Shown here piece after piece: positions 61,376 to 64,000 of a stretch of DNA of 64,000 bases. The DNA comes from Carpediemonas membranifera BICM (lineage: Eukaryota; Protista; Fornicata), in assembly GCA_019828565.1 (NCBI GenBank), contig JAHDYR010000048.1, positions 4,200 through 68,199 of the forward strand, given 5' to 3'. The first letter of the stretch is position 1. Every line of letters begins with the position of its first letter. The notes under the pieces were generated by a model that was not told where the DNA came from, did not search any database, and saw nothing but the letters and a program-made list of their open reading frames with translations. The position numbers and the translations under genes were made by a program.

Positions 61376-62068
61376 ATGACGAGATCAAATTTCGGCCAGA
61401 AGGTCGTTGCAGGCAATCTCGATAGTGAAATGCCAGGCACGCTCAGTTTCGCAACCATTGTTTCAGTTTTATACCTTTCAGCATTCATATCATGCAAACA
61501 GCTTCCATCTGTGTGGAAGGGCGAGAAGCCCGTCCGCTTGCTCCAGGGTGCCGTCGACATCGAGGATGCAAGTAGCATTGACCGCTCAACGAAGATAGGA
61601 ATTGTTGTTGTTCTTGTTGCCATTGGCGCTGGCATCGTTCTCGGTCTCCTTCTCGGTGTTGCTCTTTACTTCCTCATTCACCGTGGCCTCCCTGTTCTGC
61701 AGCTCTACGTACGCGCATACAAGGCCCGCAAGGCTGCTCGTGCTCCAGTGGATCTCGAGGCCGCTGTTGCCGAGGAGGATTCAGTCATGGAGGACACCCT
61801 CGAGGTGCCCTCCGTCGAGACAGTCGTGCCCGCTGAGGACAACGAGGCCGTGCCTGAGGTCGTCGAGGAGCAGGCTGCTGCGGTGACTGAAGAAGAGACG
61901 GTGGCTGTGGATGAGAAGCCCGTCGCTGTCGACATTCCCGCGGAGGAGGTGGAGGAGCCCGCCGAGATCATGGATGACGAGGAGCACGCCATTGAAGAGC
62001 CTACCGAGGAGGAAGTCAAGGAGGCCGATACAGAGCCCATGGACGAGCCCTCCGAGGCCGAGGACTAA
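61376..62068 (+). CDS. small membrane protein with highly acidic C-terminal tail
   Basis: TM IGIVVVLVAIGAGIVLGLLLGVALYFLI followed by a Glu/Asp-rich tail; start uncertain (61376 or 61430). Confidence 0.55.
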   Translation: MTRSNFGQKVVAGNLDSEMPGTLSFATIVSVLYLSAFISCKQLPSVWKGEKPVRLLQGAVDIEDASSIDRSTKIGIVVVLVAIGAGIVLGLLLGVALYFLIHRGLPVLQLYVRAYKARKAARAPVDLEAAVAEEDSVMEDTLEVPSVETVVPAEDNEAVPEVVEEQAAAVTEEETVAVDEKPVAVDIPAEEVEEPAEIMDDEEHAIEEPTEEEVKEADTEPMDEPSEAED

Positions 62069-62138
62069 ACCATGCAGTAAAGTGGTTTACTACCATGCCT
62101 TGATGATGCACTTTCATGTGTATTCCACATCAGTACCA

Positions 62139-62524
62139 TCATTCATCATTTATGACATCAAGCGCCACACTTAAGCCTGGTTGTCGCCAGGAGGTGGCGG
62201 GCCAGCGTAGCCCTGGGGCTGCTGCTGGGCGGCGGGGTCTTGCATGGGCTGACCCTGCTGGTCCTGGGGCAGGTAGCCGCCCTGACCGAAGCCAGGCTGG
62301 CCGTAGGTCTGGGCCTGCTGAGGGGGCTGGGCCTGCTGGGGGGCATAGCCTTGCTGGGGGACCTGACCCTGCTGGGGAGGGTACGTCTGCTGGGGAGGGT
62401 AGGGACCCGGCTGGTTGGGCTGGGCGTAGCCTTGGGGAGGCTGGCCATAACCCTGCTGGGGCTGGCCGTATGCGCCGTAAGGCTGGGGCGGGCCGTTGGA
62501 GAACATGGGGTTGTTGGTGTTGGC
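62139..62524. repeat. inverted copy of 16264-16649
   Basis: 386-bp near-identical reverse complement. Confidence 0.9.
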
Positions 62525-62602
62525 TTGTGCGTTGCTGCCAGAAGACTTATGGCCGAAGAGAGACTTGACGAGGCACAAGTCGCATAATGTGCAGATTATA
62601 CA
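62171..62602 (-). pseudogene. 5'-truncated paralogue of the PQ-rich membrane protein
   Basis: In-frame upstream CIICTLCDLCLVKSLFG resembles the Cys-rich juxtamembrane of the 15630 gene. It is preceded by a stop, has no in-frame upstream ATG, and there is no room for an ectodomain. Confidence 0.6.
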
Positions 62603-62696
62603 TTAAACTGCACCAAAGCGCAAAGCCTCATTATGACCCCAAAACCTGCCCCAAGCCGGTATTGACATCTCTAGCACATATACACACGTATAAACA

Positions 62697-64000
62697 CTAC
62701 ACCAACTCCTCTGTATGCGCCGTGGCCGGGAACGCGGCGCCGCTGTTGGGGTAACCTGCGAAGAAATCGGCCAGATTAGACCGCCATCCATGGTCAAACT
62801 GGTTGTGCCAGACGCCATTCTCGTATCTGATGTAGTCATATCGCATCCAATTGATTGCCTCATTAGTCGTCAGATTTGTCAAAATATTCTTGACCTGCTG
62901 ATGGAACAAACGATAAACGAAAGGCAACGTGGCCCCAGCGATGGCAGCCATGACCACCGTCCCTGATCTGAGCACCGCAATCCTCCACAGCTTTGCCCAC
63001 AGACTGCCTTCGAGTCCGCCGACGTGGCAGACAACCATAGTCAAGGGAAGAACAGTCGTGACCGCAAGCGCGACCATGGTGGCAAGTAGCATTGCCATAA
63101 ACTGCCGGATATTACCCGCACCGATGCAGCAGTTTGTCCAGACGCAGTGGTGGTCGTGCCGCCTGATACACACGTCGCACGAACGGCAGTGCTTGCTGCG
63201 GAGGGGCTTTCTGACGTGGCAGGACTCGCAGATCGGCTGCTCCTTCGTGTAGTCGATCTTTGAGTGTGGGTCGTCGTTGGTGATAACGCCGGGGTTCGCT
63301 CGATTGGTGATTACTAGAAGAACGAGGGCTGCTACGGTGGGCAAAACCGCGAATATAAACACGTAAATGGGGTGGGGTGAGGGTATAACCCCGAAAAGGA
63401 ACGTCGTGACGATCGCCGCGACAAGGCCAGCGAAGTACACCAGCAAGCCGACCGGGGCACGCCTCACACGATGCCACCAGGCCGTCTGCCCTCTTCGAAT
63501 ACCGTACACAAGGCCCTGGAGCTGCTTTGCCTCAGCAAGTCTTGCGGGCGTGGCACCGTCCAGGTCTAGTGGTTCGAGCGCCACGCCCCGGCCCACGAGG
63601 AAGACCACGTTCTCGTAGTTCCCGCCCATGACCGCTGCGTGGAGAGGGGTCCGCTTCCTAGCGTCAGTGGCCTCTAGGTCGGCGCCGTGTCTTGCCAGGA
63701 GCCGCACAAGATGGGGCGACCCCTGCTCGCACGCCCAGTGGAGCGGGGTGCGGCCCTGGGCGTCCCTGGAGTTGATGTCTGCGCCTCTAGTGACCAAGAG
63801 GCCGGCGGTGACCGGGTAGTCGCCCTGGATGGCCAGGTGGAGGGGGGTGAGGCCGTTGGCTTCTTTCTCCTCAATGTGCAGGGCGCCAACTGGGTCGGAG
63901 AGCAGGAAGTCCACTACTGCTGCGTGGCCTTGCTGGGCTGCGCGTGCTAGGGGCGTCATTTGCGCTGAATCCTTCGACATTCTTTCGCCTGCATCGATAA
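62697..64000 (-). CDS. ankyrin-repeat DHHC palmitoyltransferase (Akr1/ZDHHC13/17-like), 5' partial
   Basis: TPLHLA/TPLHWA ankyrin repeats; CESCHVRKPLRSKHC..C..CIRRHDHHCVWTNCCIG; NLTTNE; frame is open to the window edge. Confidence 0.93.
   Translation of the reverse strand, partial: IDAGERMSKDSAQMTPLARAAQQGHAAVVDFLLSDPVGALHIEEKEANGLTPLHLAIQGDYPVTAGLLVTRGADINSRDAQGRTPLHWACEQGSPHLVRLLARHGADLEATDARKRTPLHAAVMGGNYENVVFLVGRGVALEPLDLDGATPARLAEAKQLQGLVYGIRRGQTAWWHRVRRAPVGLLVYFAGLVAAIVTTFLFGVIPSPHPIYVFIFAVLPTVAALVLLVITNRANPGVITNDDPHSKIDYTKEQPICESCHVRKPLRSKHCRSCDVCIRRHDHHCVWTNCCIGAGNIRQFMAMLLATMVALAVTTVLPLTMVVCHVGGLEGSLWAKLWRIAVLRSGTVVMAAIAGATLPFVYRLFHQQVKNILTNLTTNEAINWMRYDYIRYENGVWHNQFDHGWRSNLADFFAGYPNSGAAFPATAHTEELV

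Noticed and set aside
228-63950. Numerous long antisense or overlapping ORFs in the six-frame track (e.g. 228-1160, 6288-7154, 17676-18275, 34226-35530, 45991-46896)
   Set aside because: They are shadow ORFs caused by GC-rich codon usage on the opposite strand of real genes.
1-64000. CRISPR arrays, prophage, tRNA/rRNA genes, prokaryotic defence operons
   Set aside because: None seen. The sequence is eukaryotic with spliceosomal introns, and the repeats present are coding duplications.

Overview
This is a gene-dense, fairly GC-rich eukaryotic (protist) genomic window. It has very short spliceosomal introns (28-43 nt) and tiny intergenic spacers, often with a TAAA-type signal just after the stop codon. 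These traits, plus flagellar/centrosomal genes (MORN5, NEK, NEDD1), fit a free-living metamonad such as a Carpediemonas-like fornicate; this identity is an inference only. Housekeeping genes: VPS45, CCT6, a DEDDh exonuclease, NEK kinase, MORN5, M3 oligopeptidase, EFG1, SPB1, UTP4, ceramide synthase, NEDD1-like, FCF1 and an ankyrin-DHHC palmitoyltransferase. There are two plastic accessory regions. (i) At 5.9-14.4 kb, a 4.5-kb insert carrying a PD-(D/E)xK nuclease + kinase gene (Crinkler/CR-effector-like) and a truncated ABCA with a degenerate NBD sits between 1.5-kb direct repeats that split a RING-finger gene. (ii) At 22.8-39.5 kb, a domain-shuffling cluster of lineage-specific modules ends in a 2321-aa protein combining two WD40 propellers, an unrecognised ~80-aa repeat (8 copies), a protein kinase, an internal HECT-like domain and an RBR RING2/IBR-type module. 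Other highlights are a cysteine-free small-Tim-like gene missed by the ORF track, an apparent GT-AT intron in NEDD1, and transposase-derived (hAT-BED, MULE/FAR1) DNA-binding proteins. All family calls come from motif recognition by eye; no database searches were run.
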